A stretch of 62,996 bases of DNA, filler included, from Asterionella formosa (GCA_002256025.1; 14 parts of 14 records of this genome joined end to end with filler, not necessarily neighbours in it), one strand, 5' to 3'; numbered from the whole stretch's first letter, positions 1-12,191 are shown. Translations and numbers: made by a program. Notes: a model not told the origin generated them from the letters alone.

Positions 1-129
1 ACTCGGTTCTGATTTTGTATATGATAATGTAAATAGCACTGTTGGTTTTATGGTATCATATCTAGACAGTGTAAAATATTATATGTAGTGGCTGATGATT
101 CATTTCATTGTAGTTTGCAACACCTGAAT

Positions 130-510
130 TTAAAATCATCGAACTTTAAGGAAGATGACGACAACAGTTATCTAGTAGAACCATGTCTTCAAAAAACCAT
201 AAAGAGCTTCATGGAAACAAGCGACATGTGGCAAAATGCCGGTATGGAACAAAAAAGCAAGTACCAAATGAGATAACAAAGAAAAAGCGAATCGGCAATT
301 TTCCAAAGGAACCCAATCAGTGACAGGGAGTTAGTGGGGGTACTACCCCATTGTCGACGGGGACACCATCAGCTACTAGTACCAAGGCTCCCGTAATTGA
401 TACTGAAAGCTATGATGACGTTTCTTTTTCAGTTGTTGATACAAGAAAAATGGCTCCTGTCGATGATACCATTAATAGGAACTCCTGGATGCAGATGGAC
501 GACATGGTAC
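130..510 (+). repeat. Dispersed degenerate repeat; inverted copy at ~44030-44410
   Basis: Translation STGTPSATSTKAPVIDT...DTRKMAPVDDTINRNSWMQMDDM recurs almost identically in the minus-strand ORF 43804..44325; this copy is broken by stops. Confidence 0.75.
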
Positions 511-1910
511 CATATCATAAATTTTCTAATTGCACGGACCAACAAGTACATGACAAACTGAGGGAAAAACATTTTGCACTTGCCAAAGGATACTATCAAT
601 TGGTCAATGAACTCAATCACTACAAAGGTCGTAATTTGGTTCAAAACTCGTCCATACAAGGTTATCAAGAATCTTCAATTTCAGCAGCCTTCTCAGAACG
701 TCGTTCCCGCTTAGCTAAAATTGAACCAATTCATAAATTGTCTTTGCACAGGTATTTGTTGTAGTCACGTGATCATTTTCTTATTCTATCGCCAAGCACT
801 TCGTGGTGAGTTGCTCCTGGTATGCTTACACCTGGTACCTGGTACTTTAATGCACCAGTTACAGGTTAAGTACCACATCATCATGCTCATTGAACATAAT
901 ATATATACCGGTTATTTATAATATAGAAATAATAAATATTATCTATCACGCCGTTCTGCCGATTTCGACATCAAGGATGGCATATGAATGGATTCTGGGT
1001 TCCGTCTTGTGGTACACTTGTGTGTAGAATTTATCGTATGTAGCCTATTTATATTTGACCTACATAAATGTCGAAGTGTCCGATAAAACTGAAATGCAAC
1101 TCATCATGTTGTTCACATTCTTTTGCTTTTCACAACAAATGATTGATCTCCCACACCGCTTCAAACGGAAACTCCATTAAAACCACTGACATGAGTTGAA
1201 ACCACTTGAAACGGCATGGGAAGACACAAAATGCATTCATATTGAGCTATTTGGTGCGTTTTAGCATTGGAGGATTATCTCCATGACTGTTGGATGCATT
1301 TTGACAAGATGTTGGATTGTATCAACTCCAAATTCAGGCTTGAGGATGTCCTGAAGCTCAAAAAAGCTTCAATGATGCGGATCATCAACAAGAACTTTGG
1401 TGACATGTCATCATCATCAGGCAACACAGTCCAGATTTCTAGTGACATGACATCACTCCAACTTTTCTGACATGAACACAAGACTGGGAATGGTCAGCGA
1501 CACCAGTACTTCCATGCAACCATAAAATCAATTGCTCCAATCTTCCCTACCGCCACTGGTGAAGCCGCATGGGAATTAACCATTGCCTCAAGTTTCCTGC
1601 TTTCCATGACCCACTGACACGAGGCCAATAGTTCACTTTTGGAATTTTACCCAACAAAGAAGCAAAAATCAATTCCATTAGAGACAATGGACATGACTAC
1701 TGCAGAGGAGGATCAAGCTCGAAACAGTGAAGATCGATATAGATGGTGGGAATCTGGAGATGCCAGGAAATTGTTTTGCACCTCGAAAAAAGTATGGATT
1801 GCATGTTGATGTCTCAGAAGTTGTTTTGAATAGGATTGATATCATCCTTGACAAAGTCAATGGCCAAGCAGCATCTTGGAGATTGTTAGTAGATGGTGGA
1901 GACCCTCACA

Positions 1911-2140
1911 GAACATGCAAAAGGTGCCTATAGGAGCTTGCCACTGGCGCAAAAAAGGGAAAAGGACATTCCACGAAAGCAAGTGTCAGACACTCATTAT
2001 CGCAACAAGCTCTTACAGTGCCAAGGATTCGGAAAATTGCAAGGCGGGCACATCAATATTTGTTAGCTTACCATACTCTGGACAGTGGTCAACTTGTTTT
2101 GTATGTACAAAAGATTCGCATGATCTTAGCTAAATAATTA
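1911..2140 (+). pseudogene. C-terminal remnant of a Tc1/IS630-like transposase
   Basis: Two frames read HAKGAYRSLPLAQKREKD / VRHSLSQQALTVPRIRKIARRAHQYLLAYH, resembling the tail of Tc1-like DDE transposases. Downstream TTTTGTATGTACAAAAGA..TAGCTAAAT is shared with the MITE at ~14660-14706. Confidence 0.4.
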
Positions 2141-2604
2141 TTTACTAGCGTTTACAAGGTCTATCTCGGCTACCCTGAACATGAACCCAGCCATACTTTT
2201 TGTCCTTATATCTATCTACCGGTGTTACTGGTAGTTGAAGGTTGGTAAAATTAGAGGTGCTCATGTTAGTCTCGTACAACACTGCAGACCGCGCCAGCAT
2301 TTTTTGCATTCATTTTCCAGGAGTCTGGTACATTGTATTAGGAAATGAGCACAATTTTCTGCGCCCATATTTTATAAAATAAAATAAAACTGTACACCGG
2401 TACTCTAGTATGATCAAGATACTCATTGTGCACCACGCACCACATAATTGTAAAATCATGCTGAAAGCATGGAAAACCGCATTGACAATGATGTCTTTTG
2501 CATGGTAAGTTTGATGCAACTGATGCATACTCTGAGCTGCTTCTTCTTACATCCCTTCCTTCTTGTTAAAATAATCCTATCATGAAAGAAATTTCATGAT
2601 TCTT

Positions 2605-3310
2605 TTATGAATGAGTTCGTTTTTAAAGTTTTGATGTTGGTGCTTTTCGTTTTGGCAAGTTGTTTGTAATCTTGTTTATTGTCTTGCCTTTTGGTCATTG
2701 TTGCCAACACTAACACGAGTGAACTACCTTGTTCTACAGAATTGAAAATAATGCATGGAAGCTCAGATAAATGAGGTAAGGACGGCCAACCAATATTGTT
2801 TTGCGTGTCAATCGTTGTATTATCAATTAAGCCCCTCTAACATATTGCTTTTATATCTCCCCTATTTGTGGCAATCGTTGCTTGTCAGCCATCCTTGAAT
2901 CAGCCAAGTACAATCAGCCAGATGCTAGTAAGACTGTTGCAGCCGCTAATGCTGTAAATTTCGTGATTAAATTTTGAATGGAGGTTGTTTTGAAAGTTTC
3001 TATGCTGACTCTTTCTTGTTTGTATGTTGTCTGTATTTCATTTATTGTCTTGCCTTTTGATTATTCTTACCAACACTAACACAAGTGATCTACCTTGTTC
3101 TACAGAACTGAAAGTTATGCGTGGAAGCTCAGCAGATATAGCAAAGCGAGGTAAGAACAAGATAGTTTTGCGTGTTCATCATTGTTGTTATCGATTAAGC
3201 CACTCTAACATATTGCTTGTATATCTCCCCTGCCTATTTGCAGGAATCTTTGCTTGTCAGCCAACTACAATTAGTCAGATGCTAGTGTTACAGCAGCTAA
3301 TGCTATCTTC
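2605..3310. repeat. Diverged tandem duplication, ~366-bp unit x2
   Basis: TTATTGTCTTGCCTTTTG...CTACCTTGTTCTACAGAA...GCTAATGCT recurs, with anchor GTCTTGCC at 2681 and 3047. Confidence 0.8.
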
Positions 3311-3879
3311 TTTGGATAGAAAGTTGTGGGATAATGATGGGAAAATTGCCCACGCAAGCAAGCGAGCAAAGCAGTGATATCAGCGTGCTGTTCAGCAATT
3401 TATGCAACCACTGGTATTAGTAGTGTCACTAGCTAGTCATGTAAAGTAAATATAGTTCTGTTAGATACCACAACAAAAATATTAATATTGCAATAGTATT
3501 TCCATTTTGCTTTGCTCATTCATAGAAATTAGTTGCAAACAAAAATCGTGGTCATTGATCCAGAAATTATGAGATCAGACATACAAAAATATTGTTAGTT
3601 GGCCCCAAAAATTATGTGGGTTTCTAGAATAATTATGGAAGTTGTCGAAACTATTTTAGTTGACTCTTAACATCTATATTATGTGATGCATCACATTTAA
3701 TATGCGATGTCGTCATACCCTTAAATTATGTACGTAGCCAAATTCATCATATTGAGAAACCCAAATAATTAATTTGGGTGATCATATTTGACTAGCCTTT
3801 TTTCTTGCAGCTGTCCCAATAATCGGCGTTGTAAATGTTTCCAGTGTAGTTTCAAGATGCATCCACAGTCAATATATCG

Positions 3880-4035
3880 TCAGTGTATAGGATCTGGTCA
3901 GAAACTGCAGAAAGGAACTTCGGTTTTTAAAACTATGCTAAAAGGACTCGAAAATTCAAGGGAAATCTGTTTATTTGGCAAATTAAAAATACCGAAGTTC
4001 CTTTCTGCAGTTTCTCGCCAGAAGTTAGATACTGA
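3880..4035. repeat. ~155-bp fold-back repeat; second copy at 58282-58441
   Basis: Perfect 25-bp inverted arms AGAAACTGCAGAAAGGAACTTCGGT (3900-3924) / ACCGAAGTTCCTTTCTGCAGTTTCT (3991-4015), plus outer TCAGT...ACTGA pairing. Confidence 0.85.
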
Positions 4036-4310
4036 TGCTATTTGAAAGTTACCTATGTATCTAAATCGCCGTCAGACCCAGCCAACGTTTAGCTATTGTG
4101 GTCCAAAAATTCGACAAAATCGGCCTTTTCTATGGTCGCCAGAATACCAGAATCAGAATTATTAAGTATCATTATCGGAATGGTAGTCAAGTGCCGGAAT
4201 TTTTGTCCTAAAATCTCCTTTCCAACAAATTCCATTTTAAGTGCCCGCTTACACATATATTATATGATTGGTGAACGTGAATTACATTCCTCTTTTTGAT
4301 TGGCCTGGTG

Positions 4311-6826
4311 CATCTAAGCCGTGTATTAGCTACGTGAAGTGACCATCACGTAAATAAGCCTAGTTGATTTCGAATGGATCACATGAATGAGTTGAATACA
4401 TCAAAATGCTTACTTGAATATCTATATATTATCTGAATACATCAAGTTAATCATTTGATCAGAGTATCATGCATGCATTCCTGATCATCACAATATTACG
4501 TGATCACCCCCTCCACGTAATTATTTGAAATATTTCACATAATTATTTGAAATAATTCAATTAATTCTGTAATTTAGTTCACATTGCCTTATAATTTTGT
4601 TCACGTAATTCTATAATATAGTTCACGTAATGTATTAAATATGTTAACACACTTTAAAAGTACTATCAAATAACAATGTTGATTCCTAATTCAACTACCG
4701 GTATTTCACATTACTACATGGAAAACAAATCTCGATATACAATCAAACAAAGAAGCTATTCAATCAGAATGGAATCTTCAGTCTTGAGAAGGCATGCATT
4801 ATGGGACATTTGTAAGGACATTACTAGACGAGGAGAAGCCATTCATTCAGAAGGGGGAAATTATTCACTCTTGAACAGGGATCATTGTACGAAGTTGCAA
4901 CATGAATGCATCACACACTGGCTTCCTTCTTGTCCTTGGAATGACTTCTTCATTGATCTGCAAAGATTTACATAACAACAGTGTGTCAGTAATTCATATG
5001 ATAGAACTAGCAACAGCAGAAAGCAACACACAGATATGGTAGTATTCAACTGTTTGTAAGGGTAGTCGAATTGAAACAACAAAATGGCATCAGCCAGGCA
5101 GCACCACAACTCACTGATGTGTTCACGAGAATGCTCCTGTTGTGAAAGGGATGGCTACAATGTAAAATAAATGTAGATAACAATAACAGAACATTTTTTT
5201 GCTGATACAATTATGAAAACTGAAGATTAAGCTCACTTTGAAGGCTTCCATTGCGGGTCTCCATATTGTGTCATTTCATCTGCTATCACTCATACTTTCC
5301 AAAGAACACTGCTTTTCTGAAAAGGCCTGTTCAAATGTCAAATGAATGTTGAAACAAAAGCATGACATATCATGAGTTATCCCTCACTTGGTGATATAAT
5401 AACAAAAATAGCAAGCAAATAAATCTTACCATAAAAGCATCAATTGCTTACGATCTCAATGTTGCATCATTCCATCTTCTGTTGTTGCAACAAACAATGC
5501 ATATGTGAGTTCTTGGCTGATGAAGGATTTGTTAATGGTGAGGCGCTGAAAAGCTAGAAGGGGATGCTGCTTTTAAGGGTCGTCCCCATTTTGAAAACAT
5601 ATATTGTGCACAGTGGTGGTTAAATGTTGTCTTTATGAATTCAGAGGGTCAAAAATCCTGGCGCAGCCATGACTTCATCTTTGTACCAACAGAACCTACA
5701 ATCTACATGAAAAAACCTGTCGCAGTCTTACTTTGTCAGGACAAATTCTGATGCTAGTACAAGTGTGACCTTAAACAAATATCGGTACTATGACAAGAAG
5801 GAGAGGACACAGCCAGTGGTTACTCTTAATATATTTACAGTACGAACGCCATATTCTATTGTAATAAGGGGAAAATGGGAAGCAATGCTGGTAGTGCAAA
5901 CCTACAGTTCCACAGTATACACGTAGAAATGAGTACAGTTTCTCAGTACGAACGAAATAATTCCTATTGTAACAAGAAGGGTAAGACGGAAATACTGGTA
6001 GGGCAAACCTACAGTCTCACACTTGTAACCATGACCTGGTACCTGGTACCTACCAGCCAGGAGTACCTGGTGGTACCATACAGTATAGCTATTTGTTAGT
6101 ATGTCTGAGTGCAATGTCAAAAGACCCAAGGTACAAGGTACCAGGTAACAGGTACTCCCCTGGTACTAGCCCTGGTAGTATGTATCATAGTAGCCCGGAG
6201 GAGGCCTTGTATACTGGTACAGTACCTGGTCCCAGGTACCAGGTACCATACCTACTATTCATTAGCTGAGGTCAACACACTCAGCATCACGATGCCATTC
6301 CAGACATATTCACAATACACCAGGTATGTTATCCGTATATTTTGTATCTTCAGAATTCATACGAAATAAAGTTTACGTAAAAGAATAAGAGAATTCATAT
6401 TGGATGCTGACAATATTGACGATGGTAAGGATGATTGTTGATATGCTTCATGCACCCAGTTGCCGACAACCACATCGCTTCGATTTTCTCCATCAATTCA
6501 TGCCCAATAGCACTCCGAAGATTTGCAGTCGATAACACACACTAATTCGAATAGATATTTAGTTTAGCATTTCTAATTCAATATTAAATGTTTCGTTCCG
6601 TACCTGTTTTGCTCTCATTAGGGTTGGTTGTTGCTTGCATCCTCACAAATCATGTCGTGATATTTCTCGAGATCCATTTCGTTCCGTTTTTCTCAATCAA
6701 TTCAGGGCAGATTGCAATCAAACAATTACGTAGTAGTCATTAATTCATGTGAAGTACCACATAATTAACACTCCTACGTAGAGCAAATTTCGAAAAGTAC
6801 CGGTAGCGTATTTCGCGGCTTAGATG
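4311..6826. mobile_element. Non-autonomous TIR DNA transposon (CATCTAAGCCG termini; possibly CMC/EnSpm-like)
   Basis: CATCTAAGCCG at 4311 and CGGCTTAGATG ending at 6826. Another left end at 53908 and a related right end at 56748. Subterminal CACATAATT-type repeats. Flanks TGGTG / TGGTT. It interrupts a repeat that is uninterrupted at ~18030. Confidence 0.65.
4760..5830. repeat. Decayed repeat; diverged direct copy at ~38010-39020
   Basis: Shared blocks GAAGCCATTCATTCAGAA, CACACTGGCTTCCTTCTTGTCCTT, GCCTGTTCAAATGTCAAAT and TATGACAAGAAGGAGAGG occur in the same order. Confidence 0.75.
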
Positions 6827-7391
6827 TGGTTTGCGAGGTCTTGCAAGCCCATGCCGGCCACATTGGATAAACAAGTAACATTTTCTTGGGTGTACCGGTA
6901 CTGACAGTCCGGTACTATATTCATGACGGGTACGAGTAGATGATCACCATTGGACATATGCGTACCGCTCCTTGAGTGCGCTTTCAAATTTTTGCCAAGC
7001 CGCCGGGTTGTATGCATGACACATAGTCGTCGATCGGAGTATAGATCGAAGACCAGTTCCGGTACCAGGTACATGCGCATGAAGCGATCTTGAATCAAAA
7101 TATTTAATCATACGCTGATTTGGACATGTTGATTGGATTCATTGTTAGTTAGCACATAAAATCGTTAATCGGAGTACCGTAAAACCTGGTGTCTCATATC
7201 CCCCCAGATACCTGTACCCCCCTTTGTACATCTGGCGCAACAATCCCAAATATTTCCTCTGTACAGAAGAAATAACACAACAGAAACGTATTCTATTTAT
7301 TGGTATGTATTTTTGTATATTACCGGTACCCTACTGTTTCCGGTAAAGTATCATCACCTGTAAAATATCGTCACATATACCGGGAGGCAAC

Positions 7392-7784
7392 ATGATAATT
7401 GCGGACGACATTCGTGATGGCGAAATCCTTGGCCTCAGAGGTACCACCCATGGAAGAAGCTGTGAGCAGCATGCCTGCTGTGGAGCAATTGTGAGGCCGA
7501 ATGATTGTGTTCGGTTCAAGGCAGCAGTGGTCCCGATTGATGGAGTTGATCAGGTAGGTATCAAGGCTGTTCTGATCCTTGATGGGACGGAACTGTGCAC
7601 GGTTGGTTTCCTTGGCAAGAATATTGCAGCTTTGAAGAAAACAAGTGACAAGTTTGTCAACAAGTTTGCTCAAGTTATTGAACTCTATGACTCTAGTGAA
7701 AATGCTGCCAAAAGGGCAAAAAGCCACAATAACCTTGGAGTCTGTTCATTCCGGCTTCTTGGGGACATCCAGATTCAGGAATAG
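7392..7784 (+). CDS. 130-aa transposon-borne protein, HIRAN-like beta-rich fold with GRSCxxHxCCG motif (tentative)
   Basis: Clean ATG-to-stop ORF inside the TIRs, convergent with the transposase. EILGLRG...GIKAVLILDG..TVGFLGKNIA resembles the HIRAN pattern. Confidence 0.7.
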   Translation: MIIADDIRDGEILGLRGTTHGRSCEQHACCGAIVRPNDCVRFKAAVVPIDGVDQVGIKAVLILDGTELCTVGFLGKNIAALKKTSDKFVNKFAQVIELYDSSENAAKRAKSHNNLGVCSFRLLGDIQIQE

Positions 7785-8030
7785 ATGTTATGAAAACTGG
7801 ACAAGCCTTTGAATACTTCAACCAATCTACACTAGAATATTAATAATAGTATTAGAAATTAGCATTTTCAGCATTAGAATCACTCCGTTTTGGGTTTTTT
7901 GTAGTCATCAGCTTAATTTATTTGCCTATTACTAGGGTTTTCCATCCTGAATCTAATTGACGATAATGATTGTTACACTAAAACTAAATATTAAAATAGA
8001 TAATCAAATAATCCAATCCTAATTGACTAG

Positions 8031-9251
8031 TTAACAACAGCAAAGCCCATCAAATCCAATGCTCTTCCAGGTATTGGTGATTGTTTGAATTGAGACTCTA
8101 GCCCATGCCATCTCTACCCATTGTGCAATGTGGTGCCTTTGCACCTTGGGATTATCCATATTGGCAACCATGTAGTCTTCCCAATATCCTCTCATGTAGT
8201 CCTCGAAGGGCTGATTAACTCCTACATCCAACACTTGAAGTCTAGATGTGTAGCCTGGGAGGACGAAATCAACCTCAGTGCCGCAATTTTTAATTGCATC
8301 AACACAACCTCCTACCTTGTGGATAGTAAAATCATCCATAAGAAGGTGAGTAGGCTCACCGCCTTTTCCCAACGCAAATGGTTGCCAAACTTTTTCGATC
8401 CATTGTAAAAATATGTCTGTATCAACCCAAGCTTTGGGTTGACAAGCGTATTCAATACTGACCGGAAAAAGTTGTTGATTGTTGTCTAGTAATCCCAATT
8501 GCCTGGCAATACGTCCATCCCTTGTTCCTGTAAATACAATGAATGGTGGCAACTTCTCACCACTCATTGTCACCCCTAACAACACAGTGCAACGGTTCGA
8601 ATTTCCTGTTGTTCGAAGCCCAATGGTCCTTTTGCCTCGGGTTGCCAAAGTCTTTGATCCAAACATGTCAAAATTGATGTTTGTCTCATCAATATTGAAA
8701 ATGTTTCCAGCAGGAAATTCGAACGCAGCAATTTGATTGTTGACGTAGGAAACAAAATCTTGAATTGTCCCCTGATCCAGCCTTGTATTTTGGGCGACAC
8801 GAGTCACACGCCTAATGACAATGTCCTTACGGGCAAGCCAGCGCTTGATCCGTTTTTCAAGTGCCTTCAGCGACACATTTTCGTTCCCAGGTTGCCTCTT
8901 AAGCTCAACACTGAGCATCCTGGTGGTGGAGGCCCTATCTTGAAGCCGCAACTGGTCGAAAAGAGTCTTCAATCCTTCGAAATCAGCAGCACTTTTTGGA
9001 GAGCGGCCCGGGTGAGCGATTTTTTTCATCAACACCTGCCTCTGAATCACACCTTCTTCCTGCAGAGGAATCTCCGCCACCTCCGCCGGAACCACAACCA
9101 TTGCACCATCCAGCATGGACTTCCAGCGCTGGATCTGCTTTGGCTGAACCAAATATGCTCTGGCGGTTGCCTTGATATTGTTGGGCTTGCTGTATGCTTC
9201 TGCAACAATATTTTTCTTTTGCCTGATGCAGAGATATTTTTTCGTCGTCAT
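8031..9251 (-). CDS. pogo-family DDE_1 transposase, 406 aa from first ATG
   Basis: N-terminal HTH (ATARAYLVQPKQIQRWK) and a CENP-B-like HTH. Catalytic IFNIDET, LLMDDF and LQVLD, with 35 residues between D2 and D3. No stops. Confidence 0.93.
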   Translation of the reverse strand: MTTKKYLCIRQKKNIVAEAYSKPNNIKATARAYLVQPKQIQRWKSMLDGAMVVVPAEVAEIPLQEEGVIQRQVLMKKIAHPGRSPKSAADFEGLKTLFDQLRLQDRASTTRMLSVELKRQPGNENVSLKALEKRIKRWLARKDIVIRRVTRVAQNTRLDQGTIQDFVSYVNNQIAAFEFPAGNIFNIDETNINFDMFGSKTLATRGKRTIGLRTTGNSNRCTVLLGVTMSGEKLPPFIVFTGTRDGRIARQLGLLDNNQQLFPVSIEYACQPKAWVDTDIFLQWIEKVWQPFALGKGGEPTHLLMDDFTIHKVGGCVDAIKNCGTEVDFVLPGYTSRLQVLDVGVNQPFEDYMRGYWEDYMVANMDNPKVQRHHIAQWVEMAWARVSIQTITNTWKSIGFDGLCCC

Positions 9252-11649
9252 GCTGATGATTCCATAGAAAATGATTTGGTTGGCTAACCTCAATTTCTAT
9301 CACAATTAGGTTTGTAGAACCTACACAATTTATTACATCGTAGAATCAGGTACAAATTGTACACACTCTAGAAATTTCTGTTGAAGTCATGACGAAATTC
9401 GGGCGCGCCAGTGCTCCAAAAACAGAAATTCAATTGATCCTAGAAGCTGATTGAATCTAAAACAATATATCTTTTAATATTGCTATTTATGTTTTAGACT
9501 ATGGAGAAAACGGTGGTGAAGTTGGTTTTTTCATAAAGTTTGACAATCAAAAAAGTTCCAATGTCTTGTACTCCCCTCTAAGTAAAATCAGTCGTGGCTG
9601 TGTACATTGAGGGGTACGAGACACCAGGTTTTACGGTATAGAGTGTCTATGCATATGTGTTGATCGCATCTTAGGGTATAAATACATTCAGCAATGTAGA
9701 ATGTTTATATATATATTTAGCGATTTCTACAAGGAATCTATGTACGTAATCGCAAATTTCCACTGATTTAAATATTTCAAATGGAATCATGTCATTCAAA
9801 AATAGCTAATTAAGTTCTTAATTCCCGGGAATTTTGGCAACCCTAAGCATTATTTTAATTTTTGCCTAGTGTTTCAAATACAGCAACCTTCATGTAATCT
9901 CCTGTGCTACATAGTACACAAGATTTTAAAAAAATCATCACAGTTTTGCTAAATTACATAGGATTTTATAATTGCCTATTTTTTCAATCATGACGAATGC
10001 AATTTGATTGCTCAGAGCAGCCAATTTGCAAACTTCCTCAATCTCATGACTTGCTGGTAAGATTTTGTGACTGTGATTTTTGATAGTGGATGAAGGCACC
10101 CAGAAAGTGCTTACCAGCAAGTTGTTGATTTGAGCAAGATCTCAGTCCGCTGCACCAAAAACGATACCCTCAATTTCTCGGAGCAGCCAAGTCGGGAGGA
10201 GAGATAGAGGATTAGAAGTATGCACATTTTCAGTCTGGACATCAAAACATGTTGCTAGTCGCAGCATCCAAATTCTATTTGTACATGTCAAGTGGTCCAT
10301 GTCTTACTTGTGGGCAGTAGGTAATCGAATGGCGCAACGATAGCTAGTTTGTGAATTGCCTCAACAATACCCCTTGCAGCTGCTGCTTGCCTTCTCGTAA
10401 ACAAGTGTAATCAGCTGGAATGGCACTCATAGCTAGGGTGACCTTCTTGCAGCACCAGGGCCGCCACTTGTATTGTCAACCCAGCACTGCGAGACCACCT
10501 TGGGCGTGTCTTGCCTTCAGCAATCATAGATGCATAATATACAGGGATAGTAGATGTACCCCCCAGTTTCACATTTACCGGTAGTATGGCTGGATGCATC
10601 ATGAAACTACATTGGGTAGCCATCATAACTAATGGTAAAAATTAATTCTGGCTACCAGTACAACATAATTTGAGCTTGAGTAAAATTTTCTATGTAAATA
10701 ACATACATATGTATAAATTTTATGTACACATGTAACCGTGATCTTGTTGTTGTTGTCGTTGCATTCATTCATGACAAACATGAAAGCGAAGTCCATTGCA
10801 CAGTGATGGGTGTGAAATCGTTGTACTAGTATCTTCATTGCAATTACTATATGATCTTATTTGAGACATTCCTGTACAGTTTCAATTCCAGCTTGCCCAC
10901 TATCAAGCTCAAGAGTGTGAAACCATTGGTCATGTAGGCGTGGATCTCTGTGCCCAACACAAATACTAGTTTGTATAGAAAGCAAATTGTGTCATCCCGT
11001 GCTGGTGCTTCCAGTTTTTTAATAGTAGTACTACTCATGGAGGAAAGAACGCTATTTGAAGCGGCAAGGGAGGATGTTCTATTGTTGAGGAAAGCAACAG
11101 AATAATGACAACATGGTGGATGTGATTATAACATATCAGTCCAGGCGCAAAATATTACATACCATAGGTTTTGGGTTTATGCTAATACTAGGCCTATAGG
11201 GGCTACCCGGTGGCCCCCAAAATTGCATCCAGCCACTGTGTGTACCGGTATGCACATAGCTACCTAAGGAGTAGCGGTACCAGAGGAGTACCTGGTACTG
11301 GTACCCCTTGATAGAGGACTGACTGCCTGGCAACCTACCACTGCGGAGCTGGCCCTTTGCTCCGCGACTGTATGACCATGCATGATGACGATGACTGTGG
11401 AAACGTTGTGATGCATGGCTGACGACGAAACGACGAGGATGAATGACTTTCTGAGGAATCTCAAAAGAGCTCGATCCATTATTCATTCCACATAAATGCT
11501 ACTTCAGTTGTTGCATAGAAAAGCACAAAAGTTCTACTTCCTCTACTTTGAAGCCACGTCAGGCAATTGCTTTGATGTGATGACATCACCAATTCTGAAA
11601 GTACGTACCGGCATATAGTTTAATAGGTTGATACTGGTAGTTGATAGGA

Positions 11650-11870
11650 CAGCACCAGGTACCCTGGTACGGTACCTGGTACCAGGTACCTACCGGTATG
11701 CATGATACAACACAAGACTTGATGATCGGAGTATGGTACCTGGTACCGGTACGCCCGCGGTTCACCAGTAGGAATCAACCGGAGTCCATGGTCCATGGTA
11801 CCAGGGACCTGGTACCAGGTACCATACCAGTATCTTTGCTGTACATACATAGAAGTACCAGGTACTGGGC
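11650..11870. repeat. GGTACC(T/A)-rich palindromic micro-repeat cluster
   Basis: Perfect 20-bp palindrome GGTACCTGGTACCAGGTACC at 11671-11690. Similar clusters at ~820-845, 6030-6250, 11270-11310, 58855-58900 and 59160-59490. Confidence 0.8.
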
Positions 11871-12191
11871 CCCATCAGTATAGAAATTATTCAATTATTC
11901 AACATAGCACAAGGCAGTAGTACCATATGTACTTTTTCAGCTTATATGTAGCATACGGTAGAGCGAAACAATGAGGGCGGTTTCAAACTACTTGTACGTC
12001 AGCGAAGATCTTCGTCGCCACACTGAAACACTGTACCGGTATAGGTTTCCGTGGAGCAAACATCAATTTGCAGGCAAGAAACGGCGACAATATCATCTCA
12101 CTTTATGAATCGATTGTATTTGCTACCAGGCACTTCAATCACCCAACATCTTTCTGTTCATAAGTACACTGGTGCTAACTAAAGCGACAAG

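Larger units (their letters stand above)
7177..9636 (-). mobile_element. Complete pogo (DD35D) DNA transposon, 2460 bp, with a second ORF
   Basis: TIRs CCGTAAAACCTGGTGTCTCATATCCC (7177-7202) and GGGGTACGAGACACCAGGTTTTACGG (9611-9636), 24/26 match. TA TSDs at 7175-7176 and 9637-9638. Intact transposase inside. Confidence 0.93.

Noticed and set aside
8733..9287. 184-aa and other antisense ORFs over the transposase, oxidase, GluRS and 60-kb genes
   Set aside because: Shadows of real coding strands, with no motifs.
11620..11883. ORFs rich in WYQVPGT/YLVPGT
   Set aside because: Translation artefacts of the GGTACC palindromic repeats.
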